A stretch of 33,017 nucleotides of DNA, from positions 1 to 33,017 of the forward strand of contig RDNZ01000029.1 in assembly GCA_011364905.1 (NCBI GenBank), written 5' to 3'. Numbering within the stretch: position 1 is the stretch's first letter; each line of letters starts with the position of its first letter. A program made the translations under genes and the position numbers. The notes below the pieces were generated by a model. That model saw only the letters and a program-made list of their open reading frames with translations, did not search any database and had not been told where the DNA came from. Below are positions 1 through 7,330 of this stretch, in pieces. This DNA comes from Candidatus Thorarchaeota archaeon (GTDB taxonomy: Archaea; Asgardarchaeota; Thorarchaeia; Thorarchaeales; Thorarchaeaceae).

Positions 1-471
1 GTTATCTGCATCTTCTTTTCGACCTCTTTTCTAATATTCATAGAACCTGCTCTTGGTATTCTTCCTTCAACTGACGTGTCTTTCACAACTATTGATCCAG
101 GTTATGGCTACGAACATGCTGAGAGAGAGAACTTCGCTATTAGAGATGCAACAACATGGGAGGAATTATGGCTGGACCTCTATAGTGGACATATTCCAAT
201 ACCTGAGGTGCCATTTGTCAACTTCACGTCAGAGATTCTTATAGCCGTCTTCCAAGGTGAGCGTACTTCTGGAGGATATTCTACAAATATCACAAGAGTC
301 ACTATGAATGGTTTATACTACAGAGTCTATGTCGATGAGATACATCCTGGTGAGGACTGCGGCACTGCCGCTGTAATGACATATCCGTATTGCATCGTAA
401 GGATTAGTGACCAACCATTGAACCTGCCAATTCAATTCGTTTACAACATCACTTTGCATCACTGTGAGTAG
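1..471 (+). CDS. PrcB C-terminal-domain protein, membrane-anchored (5' partial)
   Basis: Frame 1 is open from base 1 (VICIFFSTSFLIFIEPALG..., hydrophobic), so the gene starts upstream of the window. The motif IAVFQGERTSGGYS..I..V followed by A.VMTYPY is typical of PrcB_C domains. Confidence 0.7.
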   Translation, partial: VICIFFSTSFLIFIEPALGILPSTDVSFTTIDPGYGYEHAERENFAIRDATTWEELWLDLYSGHIPIPEVPFVNFTSEILIAVFQGERTSGGYSTNITRVTMNGLYYRVYVDEIHPGEDCGTAAVMTYPYCIVRISDQPLNLPIQFVYNITLHHCE

Positions 472-523
472 AACTCATTTCTTACATTTACGAGTTCAAA
501 TCTCGCTCTCCGTACCATCTTTT

Positions 524-991
524 CTAGTTCAAAGGTTTCTCCAGCCAAACATGATACCCCCATGGATTCTTGTCCTTTTTGAAAATGGAGAACCCATGTT
601 TCTCGTAGAAGTTGATAGCCCATTTCGCTTCACTATCAGTTTCCAGTTGAATCTTAGTAAAGTTAAGAGCTACTGCTTTCTTCTCAAGATATCTCAATAG
701 TGAAGACCCAATCCCCTTTCTCTGATACTTAGAATGAACATGCATCAATGGAATCCAAGCTGTTTTCTCATCTCTTGAACTGAATGATCCAACAGCAATA
801 ATATGGCCTTCCTCTCTGAGAACAAAGAAATCCATGAATGTTGCCATATGGTCAAGCTGTTTTCGTGTTAGAAAGGGATCTTGGTAGTGTTCCTCAGGGA
901 TTATCGTGCTATACCATTCGCGATTGATTTTGTTGATTAGGTATAGGATTTCACGTAAATCAGAATCTGCTGCGGTTTCGAATTTATGCAA
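524..991 (-). CDS. GNAT family N-acetyltransferase
   Basis: Acetyl-CoA motif A VHSKYQRKGIGSSLL and motif B AINFYEKHGF; TTG start preceded by a GGTGA SD-like sequence. Confidence 0.9.
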   Translation of the reverse strand: MHKFETAADSDLREILYLINKINREWYSTIIPEEHYQDPFLTRKQLDHMATFMDFFVLREEGHIIAVGSFSSRDEKTAWIPLMHVHSKYQRKGIGSSLLRYLEKKAVALNFTKIQLETDSEAKWAINFYEKHGFSIFKKDKNPWGYHVWLEKPLN

Positions 992-1308
992 CGAAATTCA
1001 CCCACCACTCCGCTTTGGAATCTTCTGACTATTCGAGCGACCTAAATACATCCTGAGTAGTTATAGACTTTGACTCATTATCTAGATTTTCTGATGGTCA
1101 AAAAGAAACTGGTATGCTCTCTTTTGGGCGGTTTCGTCGAAACTATGACCTTTGCCACAATCAGCTTCGTCCCTAAACCGTGGACTCGTTAGCAATCCCT
1201 CTTGCCACAAGGCTTGTCTTGCATCCTCGTTTGGAAATCAAGCAAAATCCTCTTTGCAAGGCAATCTTCAAATCCATTTGGTGACAAATAAGCACTAGGG
1301 GGAATATC

Positions 1309-1845
1309 GTGCAGGAATATCGCGTAGCCAATTCATATGACCGGCGAGGAATGATCGGGATAATCATCCCCATTCTTCTACTTGGTTTTGTCGCGATATT
1401 CATGCCCTTCGCTGTTCTGGAAACCACTGCGCCGCCTCCCTATTATCCGCCACCACCGGGATGGCATTCCACTGTCACGATTTATCTTTGGGCTGCTAGA
1501 TTTGATGTTGGATTTACAGTAATAGAGTATGGTCTTGGAGGCGGGGTCACTAACTTCTATACAATCCCATTTGTGATCATGACTTTGTTGTATTTCATAG
1601 TTCACATTGGTGTGGGTCTTAGAAGAATGCCAGCTAGATACGGCGCAGGATTTGATTTTGTGGTCCTTTTGATTTGGGTGGCCGCCTGTCAGCTCATCTA
1701 TGGCACTCTGCAAGAGTGGACACTGATTCAAGTTCCAATACTGCCAATGGCTGGAACTCTCATTCTATTGGTTGCATATGGGAGTCAAGTGTTCCAGCTC
1801 AAACCAACCACACCAGCTTCATCCTCTTATCTCTCTGCACCGTAG
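1309..1845 (+). CDS. Hypothetical integral membrane protein (~4 TM)
   Basis: 178-aa ORF with four long hydrophobic stretches and a Pro-rich loop (APPPYYPPPPG); start uncertain (GTG 1309 or ATG 1351). Confidence 0.65.
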   Translation: MQEYRVANSYDRRGMIGIIIPILLLGFVAIFMPFAVLETTAPPPYYPPPPGWHSTVTIYLWAARFDVGFTVIEYGLGGGVTNFYTIPFVIMTLLYFIVHIGVGLRRMPARYGAGFDFVVLLIWVAACQLIYGTLQEWTLIQVPILPMAGTLILLVAYGSQVFQLKPTTPASSSYLSAP

Positions 1846-1906
1846 TTTCTGCATCTGGCAAATCTTGGCTACCGTACCATCTTCTTCGTGCTCAAGATCT
1901 ACGAGT

Positions 1907-2242
1907 TCATTCAGTTTCGTATCTGGACGGCTCAGCAAAGAAATCCATTGCTCTAAAGAAAGTCTTGAACTCAGCGGAGTGAACAACTCCTTCGGGTATA
2001 TAGTACGAGTCTCCTCTCTTGTAGAGCTTGGTTTCATCACCGGATGTCAGCAACATCTCGCCTTCAATGACAAAGCCGTATTGCGCACCGTGGCTGTGTG
2101 AAGGTATAGTTCCAATTGGTTCAATCTCAAAGAAGGCAGCTTGGAACGCAACTCCTTGAGCAATCCATGCTTTAACTCCTTTGAGAGGAATCTTTGCTCT
2201 GGGCAGTTCTCTTATACAGTCAGGGTAGGGTTCAACAGTCAT
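1907..2242 (-). CDS. Cupin domain protein
   Basis: Cupin motifs PSHSHGAQYGFVIEGE and GDSYYIPEGVVHSA; GGAGG SD upstream. Confidence 0.9.
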   Translation of the reverse strand: MTVEPYPDCIRELPRAKIPLKGVKAWIAQGVAFQAAFFEIEPIGTIPSHSHGAQYGFVIEGEMLLTSGDETKLYKRGDSYYIPEGVVHSAEFKTFFRAMDFFAEPSRYETE

Positions 2243-2317
2243 AATACAAGCCTCCTACTAGGAGCGATTTTAATCTCGCCATTCGCGCGATTCTTCACCT
2301 TCAATCCGCGCAATCAT

Positions 2318-3133
2318 TTAGTCTTTGAAATAGACCATCTGGATGCTGGACGCCAGAAGTTCTCCTTCATCACTCCATAGCTCTGCGACCTGATCAAAAT
2401 AGCCACTATAGAAACGTTGACCCCGTGCAGCAGCCAAAACCGGTCGCGTTGCCTGACGTTTAAGGCTCGAATCATCAGCGTGAAAATAGGTCGTAAGTGA
2501 TACAGTGCCTGCCACCCCTAGTTTCTGGCGTCGAATGAAAACTCGTGGGAAAAAGACGTCACTTAACGCAGCTAGAGAGAGAAAGTCAAGCGGCCGTTCC
2601 GGCTCATCACGAACCCAGAGCAGACTCTCTGAGTCCTTCGCTGGCTGACCAGATAGAGTTGCCTTACCTCGTATGAATTTGAAGTCATAGCGTTGAATCC
2701 ATTTTGGTTCCGATGGAGCTGGCCACGACGCAACATCTTCAGGCTTCGGTGCAGATGGAGCGCGTGCCTCAGACATCATCCATGTTTCTTGTCGGTTTGC
2801 AAGAACTGCAGAGGCGGTTGTAGCTACTTCTGAGCCCTGGGTGAGTTCAGCAGTCCAATGCTGGTTTGATCGGTTTGTTCGAATGAGACCAAGTGCCAGC
2901 GCAAATGGAGCATCCGCGATTGGTCCAGCGAAGTTCACGGTTACTGAAATAGGAACTCCTTGACATTCTTTATGACTTAGTATGCCATTCAGAATGACTG
3001 CTACAATGATGCCACCGAATGGACCTACCATATTAGCATAGGTCTGAGGGATATGCCCTTGGTATGCATAGGGCGCTACTGCTGCAAGTTTGACCGCTTG
3101 GTCAAACGGGTGTAATTGATTATTGTCTGGCAT
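2318..3133 (-). CDS. Acyl-CoA thioesterase (TesB-like double hot-dog fold)
   Basis: NMVGPFGG, LAALSDVFFP, GTVSLTTYF and GYFDQVAELWS..G.LLA motifs match the thioesterase II-like family. Confidence 0.85.
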   Translation of the reverse strand: MPDNNQLHPFDQAVKLAAVAPYAYQGHIPQTYANMVGPFGGIIVAVILNGILSHKECQGVPISVTVNFAGPIADAPFALALGLIRTNRSNQHWTAELTQGSEVATTASAVLANRQETWMMSEARAPSAPKPEDVASWPAPSEPKWIQRYDFKFIRGKATLSGQPAKDSESLLWVRDEPERPLDFLSLAALSDVFFPRVFIRRQKLGVAGTVSLTTYFHADDSSLKRQATRPVLAAARGQRFYSGYFDQVAELWSDEGELLASSIQMVYFKD

Positions 3134-3274
3134 GGTCTTCGCCGTATCTAGCCCTTCGAGTTCTTTTATGGATACAAAGAATCTTCTGGCATTCTTTCAG
3201 AGCTAGGCTAACAGTGATAAATTTCAATATTGCCGTTCTTCAACGAGTTCAAGATTTGCCCTCCACGTCACTTG

Positions 3275-3748
3275 TTATTGTTTAGAAAGCTGATAAACAA
3301 AGATTACTTGATTGTTTGTCCAGCTGAGGTAGTGTGGCACATAACCTGCCCTCTCGAAACCACAAGATAGATAGAACTGCTGCGAGTATTCCATGAAGTC
3401 CCCAGTATCAACGCGAATCACATCAACAAGAGTGTGTTTCTTCCCAATTTCCTTCACTTCTTCTATCATCCTACTACCAACACCTTCTCGAAGGTGGTCA
3501 TGATGTGTGATGATGGAATTAATGACAAGGGCCCTCCAGTCAAACTGAATAGCTGTATACCCGAGCACCTCTTTATTCTCAGAGGCAAAAGCCATCAGGA
3601 TTTTACCGAGTTGGGGAAAAGCAGTATAAACATCAATTCTCAGCATCTCGTGGTCGAGAAATGGAGTTCCAAAGTTCTCAGCTTCAAGAACCATCTCTTT
3701 TATGACTTCTCTGTCACCGATCTGAAACTCGCGCATTTGGATTGTCAT
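3275..3748 (-). CDS. GNAT family N-acetyltransferase
   Basis: HLREGVGSRMI and QFYLSCGF motifs. Start placed at ATG 3748 (MTIQMREF); the ORF track extends to 3796. Confidence 0.8.
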   Translation of the reverse strand: MTIQMREFQIGDREVIKEMVLEAENFGTPFLDHEMLRIDVYTAFPQLGKILMAFASENKEVLGYTAIQFDWRALVINSIITHHDHLREGVGSRMIEEVKEIGKKHTLVDVIRVDTGDFMEYSQQFYLSCGFERAGYVPHYLSWTNNQVIFVYQLSKQ

Positions 3749-3966
3749 ACCAAATGATGAACCCGGTGACAACTTAAGAAGTTCGAGCCGTGCCATCCGT
3801 ACTGTTTCTTAGTATCGCCTGTCAAGAGGCCTATGATATTCGGCAGGACTGGATACCAATCCAGTTTCTACTTCTACCGTTAGTGGCGCTCTCAATTCTG
3901 GCAATCGTGTATTTGAGTCAAGCAGGCAACCAATCAGTTTTTTTCATCTGAGAACAAGTTGTAATA

Positions 3967-4136
3967 GGACCCACCCAGAGTGCGACGAGGCAAGAATCGC
4001 ACAACATAAGCGGGTGGGTCCGAGGGAGGGAGTTGTCTTCTGAAGCATAATGGGACTCGGCGCGGCATAGTGATCCAAGACGTGCATTATCATTCAGGCG
4101 AGTCCCTGATGGTTGTGTGAATCTTGGATTCATACA
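3967..4136. ncRNA. Putative structured non-coding RNA (hairpin plus pseudoknot-capable domain), family unknown
   Basis: Perfect 10-bp stem 3967-3976/4012-4021 with inner 6-bp stem 3980-3985/3997-4002. 8-bp complement GGGACTCG 4052-4059/CGAGTCCC 4099-4106 crosses the 8-bp ATCCAAGA 4073-4080/TCTTGGAT 4122-4129. Lies in a ~550 bp gap lacking a convincing ORF. Confidence 0.45.
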
Positions 4137-4243
4137 TGGATCAGTTGCAGTCAATATAAGACCGCCATGTCAACAATCGCCGTTTTCATATCATGAGGCT
4201 GCAAAAAATCAATCAATCAGGAAAAACTGAAGGACCATGGCAA

Positions 4244-4252
4244 TGTATAAAG
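4244..4252 (+). promoter_or_regulatory. Candidate TATA box for the oxidoreductase gene
   Basis: TGTATAAAG ~45 bp upstream of the proposed start, leaving room for a short leader with SD GGAGTGG (4286-4292). Confidence 0.35.
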
Positions 4253-4295
4253 GTCAAGAGGAGAGGGGGCACCTTGATTCCCACAGGAGTGGTTC

Positions 4296-5300
4296 ATAAC
4301 GTCATCTCAAAAGATTGTGATTGTTGGAACAGGCAATATGGGTCGTATTCATGCCCGAATTCTAAGCGATATGGGAGTCTTGGTGGGAGTGGCAGACAAG
4401 GACAATGCTACGGCGCGAAAGGTCGCGAAGGAACACAATACGACCGCATTTAGTGACTTTGAGAGTATGTTGAAAAAGACAAAACCAGACGGTGTCATCA
4501 TTGCTACACCAACTGCAACCCATGCCGAGATTGCACACTCCATCGCTACAGGCTTCGATGGAATCAAGGGAATTCTAATAGAAAAGCCACTAGCAAGCAC
4601 CCTAGAAGACGGTAAAAAGGTCGCAGAAATAGTAAGGGAACGAGGGATTGTCACCCTTATTTCTCATTCAGAGATCTATAATCCCATTGTAGGGAGAGCC
4701 TTGTCATTGATTGCCAGCGATGCCATTGGAACTCCCAGAACAATCATTCACGACAGACGAGGGTTTGTATCACCCGCGAGAATCCCGGCTTTGGGTGATG
4801 TCTTTGAGGACATTGGCGTTCACGACTTCGACATAATGGCGAGAATCAGCAACGGTCCTGCAAAGCTCTATGCCCAGAGTAACACAGCCAGTGGAATCCA
4901 TAACAGTGGGACGGTAATGGTGAAGTTTGCATCTGGGACTGAACATTTCTTCCATCTTTCTAGGCAATATGCAGGACGTCGTCGATACATGGATGTTTCA
5001 GGAACAAAGGGCTCTCTGGTTCTTGATTTGTTTGGACAGATAATCAAGGTACAGCACTTGGACCAAGCCCCTATTGCCAAGGGCGACACCATTCAGCTTC
5101 CGGAGAGAGGTGCTACGATAAAGGTCTATGGAGAACCTGTACGAGAGGTACTGAATGACTTTCTGAAGTGCATAAAGACAGGGGGGACTCCGAAGGTGAA
5201 CATTGATGATGCTCTTTGCGCATTGGAAGTTGTTGAGGCAGCGAGACAGAGTGCGGAGTCTGGCAAAATCATTGACATCAATATCAAGCCTAGGTCCTAA
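4296..5300 (+). CDS. Gfo/Idh/MocA family NAD(P)-dependent oxidoreductase
   Basis: Rossmann KIVIVGTGNMG, IATPT..H, EKPLA and DIGVHDFD motifs. The GTG at 4317 lies inside the first beta strand, so the start is proposed at in-frame ATA 4296 after SD GGAGTGG. Confidence 0.9.
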   Translation: MTSSQKIVIVGTGNMGRIHARILSDMGVLVGVADKDNATARKVAKEHNTTAFSDFESMLKKTKPDGVIIATPTATHAEIAHSIATGFDGIKGILIEKPLASTLEDGKKVAEIVRERGIVTLISHSEIYNPIVGRALSLIASDAIGTPRTIIHDRRGFVSPARIPALGDVFEDIGVHDFDIMARISNGPAKLYAQSNTASGIHNSGTVMVKFASGTEHFFHLSRQYAGRRRYMDVSGTKGSLVLDLFGQIIKVQHLDQAPIAKGDTIQLPERGATIKVYGEPVREVLNDFLKCIKTGGTPKVNIDDALCALEVVEAARQSAESGKIIDINIKPRS

Positions 5301-6579
5301 TCTCTCCGATTAGATGGGTTCTTTCGGATGATGTGATTTCGACATCAACCATAGTCCCTGGACTCAGGTCTTCTTGGACTATCACAATCTTGTAGGCTTC
5401 ATTACGTCCAAGCATCCCACCCTTCGAACCTTTCTCTGTGATTAAGACTGGACCCGACCATCCAACCCATGCCTTGTTTGACTCAATAAGAATCTCATCC
5501 ACAATTTTGGTCAGTTTTCTGCTTCGTTGTTTTTTCACCGAGGTTTCTACCTTATCCTTTGATTGCGAAGCAAGTGTATTTGGTCTGTCGCCATATTTTG
5601 AGATGTTGGTGATTGAGGGTCGCACTCGTTGAATCAGTTCCAGAGTGTGTTGAAAGTCAGATTCGTTCTCGCCGGGAAATCCGACAATGATGTCTGTGGC
5701 AATGGTTGCATTCTTGAATCGCTTTCGGACCTTCTCTACCACACTTACCCAATCACTTGCGATATAGCGGCGCTTCATCGTCTTCAAGAGCTTGTCACTA
5801 CCTGATTGAAGCGGAATGTGAAAGAACTTGAAGAAGTGTTCATTGTCCATTGCCTCTAGAAGCCTGTCAATTGAACTCATGACGATGTTTGGATTAAACA
5901 TCCCCAGCCTGAATCGGTGTGGTCCCTCAATCTCGTTTACTGAGAGCATAAGGTCTTCAAGCTTTTCACCTGTATCTGTTCCATACACAGCAGCATCTTG
6001 CGAAGTCAATCGGATCTCACGATATCCAAGATGAACACAACGCTCAACCAGCTCACGTAGGTCCTTGATAGAATAGCTCTTAACCTGACCTCGAGCAAAT
6101 CTCACTGCACAATACGCACAACTTCCAAGGCATCCCTCACATATTGGGATGGTACAGATTACACTGTCAGGGGGACCAGCAAACCACTTCAGTTTGTAGG
6201 CACCATCCGCCTCGATGTGGCGAATGCCTCTTTCACCGTCAAGGATACGTGGAATAATGTCAGCTAGGGTTTCCATAGACTGCGGTCCTAGTAGGGCGGC
6301 ATATTCTGGGATTGCCCTCTCGACTCGGTCCAAAGAGATTTTGGGAAGGCAACCGGCAACTACAATCGGAGTCGTTCCCTTAGCTAGCTCCTCAAGCCTA
6401 TGAACGATTTTGTCCTCAGTAGGTTCCTTTACTCCGCAGGTGTTCAGGAGAATCAGTTCAGCTTCATCAATATCCTGCACACGTTGCCCTTCTAAAGCGT
6501 TCAGACGTCCTACGATGATGTCGGAGTCAGCGGCATTTAATGAACAGCCATATGTTTCAAGATAGTACCTGAGACCCAT
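5290..6579 (-). CDS. mtaB: tRNA t6A37 methylthiotransferase (MiaB-like, archaeal/eukaryotic e-MtaB/CDKAL1 type), radical SAM
   Basis: N-terminal UPF0004 cysteines (ETYGCSLN, NTCGVK, AGC), CxxxCxxC (CLGSCAYC), HIPLQSGSD, TDIIVGFPGE and a C-terminal TRAM-like domain. Confidence 0.85.
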   Translation of the reverse strand: MGLRYYLETYGCSLNAADSDIIVGRLNALEGQRVQDIDEAELILLNTCGVKEPTEDKIVHRLEELAKGTTPIVVAGCLPKISLDRVERAIPEYAALLGPQSMETLADIIPRILDGERGIRHIEADGAYKLKWFAGPPDSVICTIPICEGCLGSCAYCAVRFARGQVKSYSIKDLRELVERCVHLGYREIRLTSQDAAVYGTDTGEKLEDLMLSVNEIEGPHRFRLGMFNPNIVMSSIDRLLEAMDNEHFFKFFHIPLQSGSDKLLKTMKRRYIASDWVSVVEKVRKRFKNATIATDIIVGFPGENESDFQHTLELIQRVRPSITNISKYGDRPNTLASQSKDKVETSVKKQRSRKLTKIVDEILIESNKAWVGWSGPVLITEKGSKGGMLGRNEAYKIVIVQEDLSPGTMVDVEITSSERTHLIGEIRT

Positions 6580-6590
6580 ATTCACACCAC

Positions 6591-6872
6591 CTAGCCGCCT
6601 TGGACATGGGGAAGTATTGCTATCTCATCACCATCGTGAACCGCTATATCAATACCACCTAGTGTTTCGACGTCCTTCTTGTTAAGCATGACAATCAAGT
6701 TTCCACTGATTTCTTTGTCCTGCATTATTAGCCTCCTGAGCTCATCTCCCCGTAGCTCAAGCACTGCGTCAATGACTTGGCGAACTGTAGCGTCAGGGGA
6801 GACCTCTACATCTATGATTTTCTCTCTCAAGAGTCTTCTCACAGGTCCAAAGGACTTGAACTTGACTTTCAA
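6591..6872 (-). CDS. Ubiquitin-like protein, MoaD/SAMP/Urm1 family
   Basis: ~93-aa beta-grasp pattern ending DGDEIAILPHVQGG (C-terminal di-Gly); TTG start. Confidence 0.9.
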   Translation of the reverse strand: MKVKFKSFGPVRRLLREKIIDVEVSPDATVRQVIDAVLELRGDELRRLIMQDKEISGNLIVMLNKKDVETLGGIDIAVHDGDEIAILPHVQGG

Positions 6873-6904
6873 GTATCCAACCAATGAAGTTGAAGGTTAG
6901 AGCA

Positions 6905-7276
6905 CTATTCAGCCTTTTGATATAGGGCAACAAACTCATCCACAAGTGCATCCACTACAGAAACAATCTCTTTGATCTCCGCACTCGTAGCCTTGTCATA
7001 ATGGATGCCAACTGTCACAACCGTGGGAACTTCTAGCGCCTTGGAGATTTTCTCTGCGACTGTGTTTGCAACAACGTAGTCCTTATGACCAGGCAGCGTG
7101 AGTGTATTCACGCTGATTGTTATTGCATCCCGGTAGTGACTCTCTGTGGGATAGGCGGCTGCGACCCCACCAATATGGTATTCATCACCACCATAGATGG
7201 CAATGAGAATATCCTTCCCAATCTCCTTTGCATCAAGGTAGATGGTATGTCGACCTGCTTTCTTCTTGACGATCAT
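6905..7276 (-). CDS. LpdD-like / proteasome-assembly-chaperone-fold small protein
   Basis: G.D...I.GG..HIG.V, LPGHKD and V.VGIH.D.AT motifs resemble the LpdD (prenylated-flavin chaperone)/PAC-like family. Confidence 0.6.
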   Translation of the reverse strand: MIVKKKAGRHTIYLDAKEIGKDILIAIYGGDEYHIGGVAAAYPTESHYRDAITISVNTLTLPGHKDYVVANTVAEKISKALEVPTVVTVGIHYDKATSAEIKEIVSVVDALVDEFVALYQKAE

Positions 7277-7330
7277 TGCTCTCAAAATGACAGTACTTGC
7301 CTCTAACACTTTCGGTGACTCAGTATGTGT

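Noticed and set aside
1152-1210. Direct repeat TTGCCACAA x2, 50 bp apart
   Set aside because: Only two 9-bp copies; not a CRISPR array and compatible with chance.
3848-3865. Small hairpin ACTGGAT-ACCA-ATCCAGT
   Set aside because: An isolated 7-bp inverted repeat; could be an operator, but there is no further support.
3797-4295. RNase P RNA, SRP RNA, tmRNA, hammerhead or TPP/cobalamin/glycine riboswitch identity for the structured region
   Set aside because: Diagnostic motifs (GAGGAAAGUCC, SRP helix 8, T-arm/CCA, CUGAUGA..GAAA, riboswitch cores) were not found on either strand by eye.
4193-4453. 86-aa plus-strand ORF suggesting a frameshifted oxidoreductase N-terminus
   Set aside because: The Rossmann fold is complete in the main frame from 4296, so no frameshift is needed.
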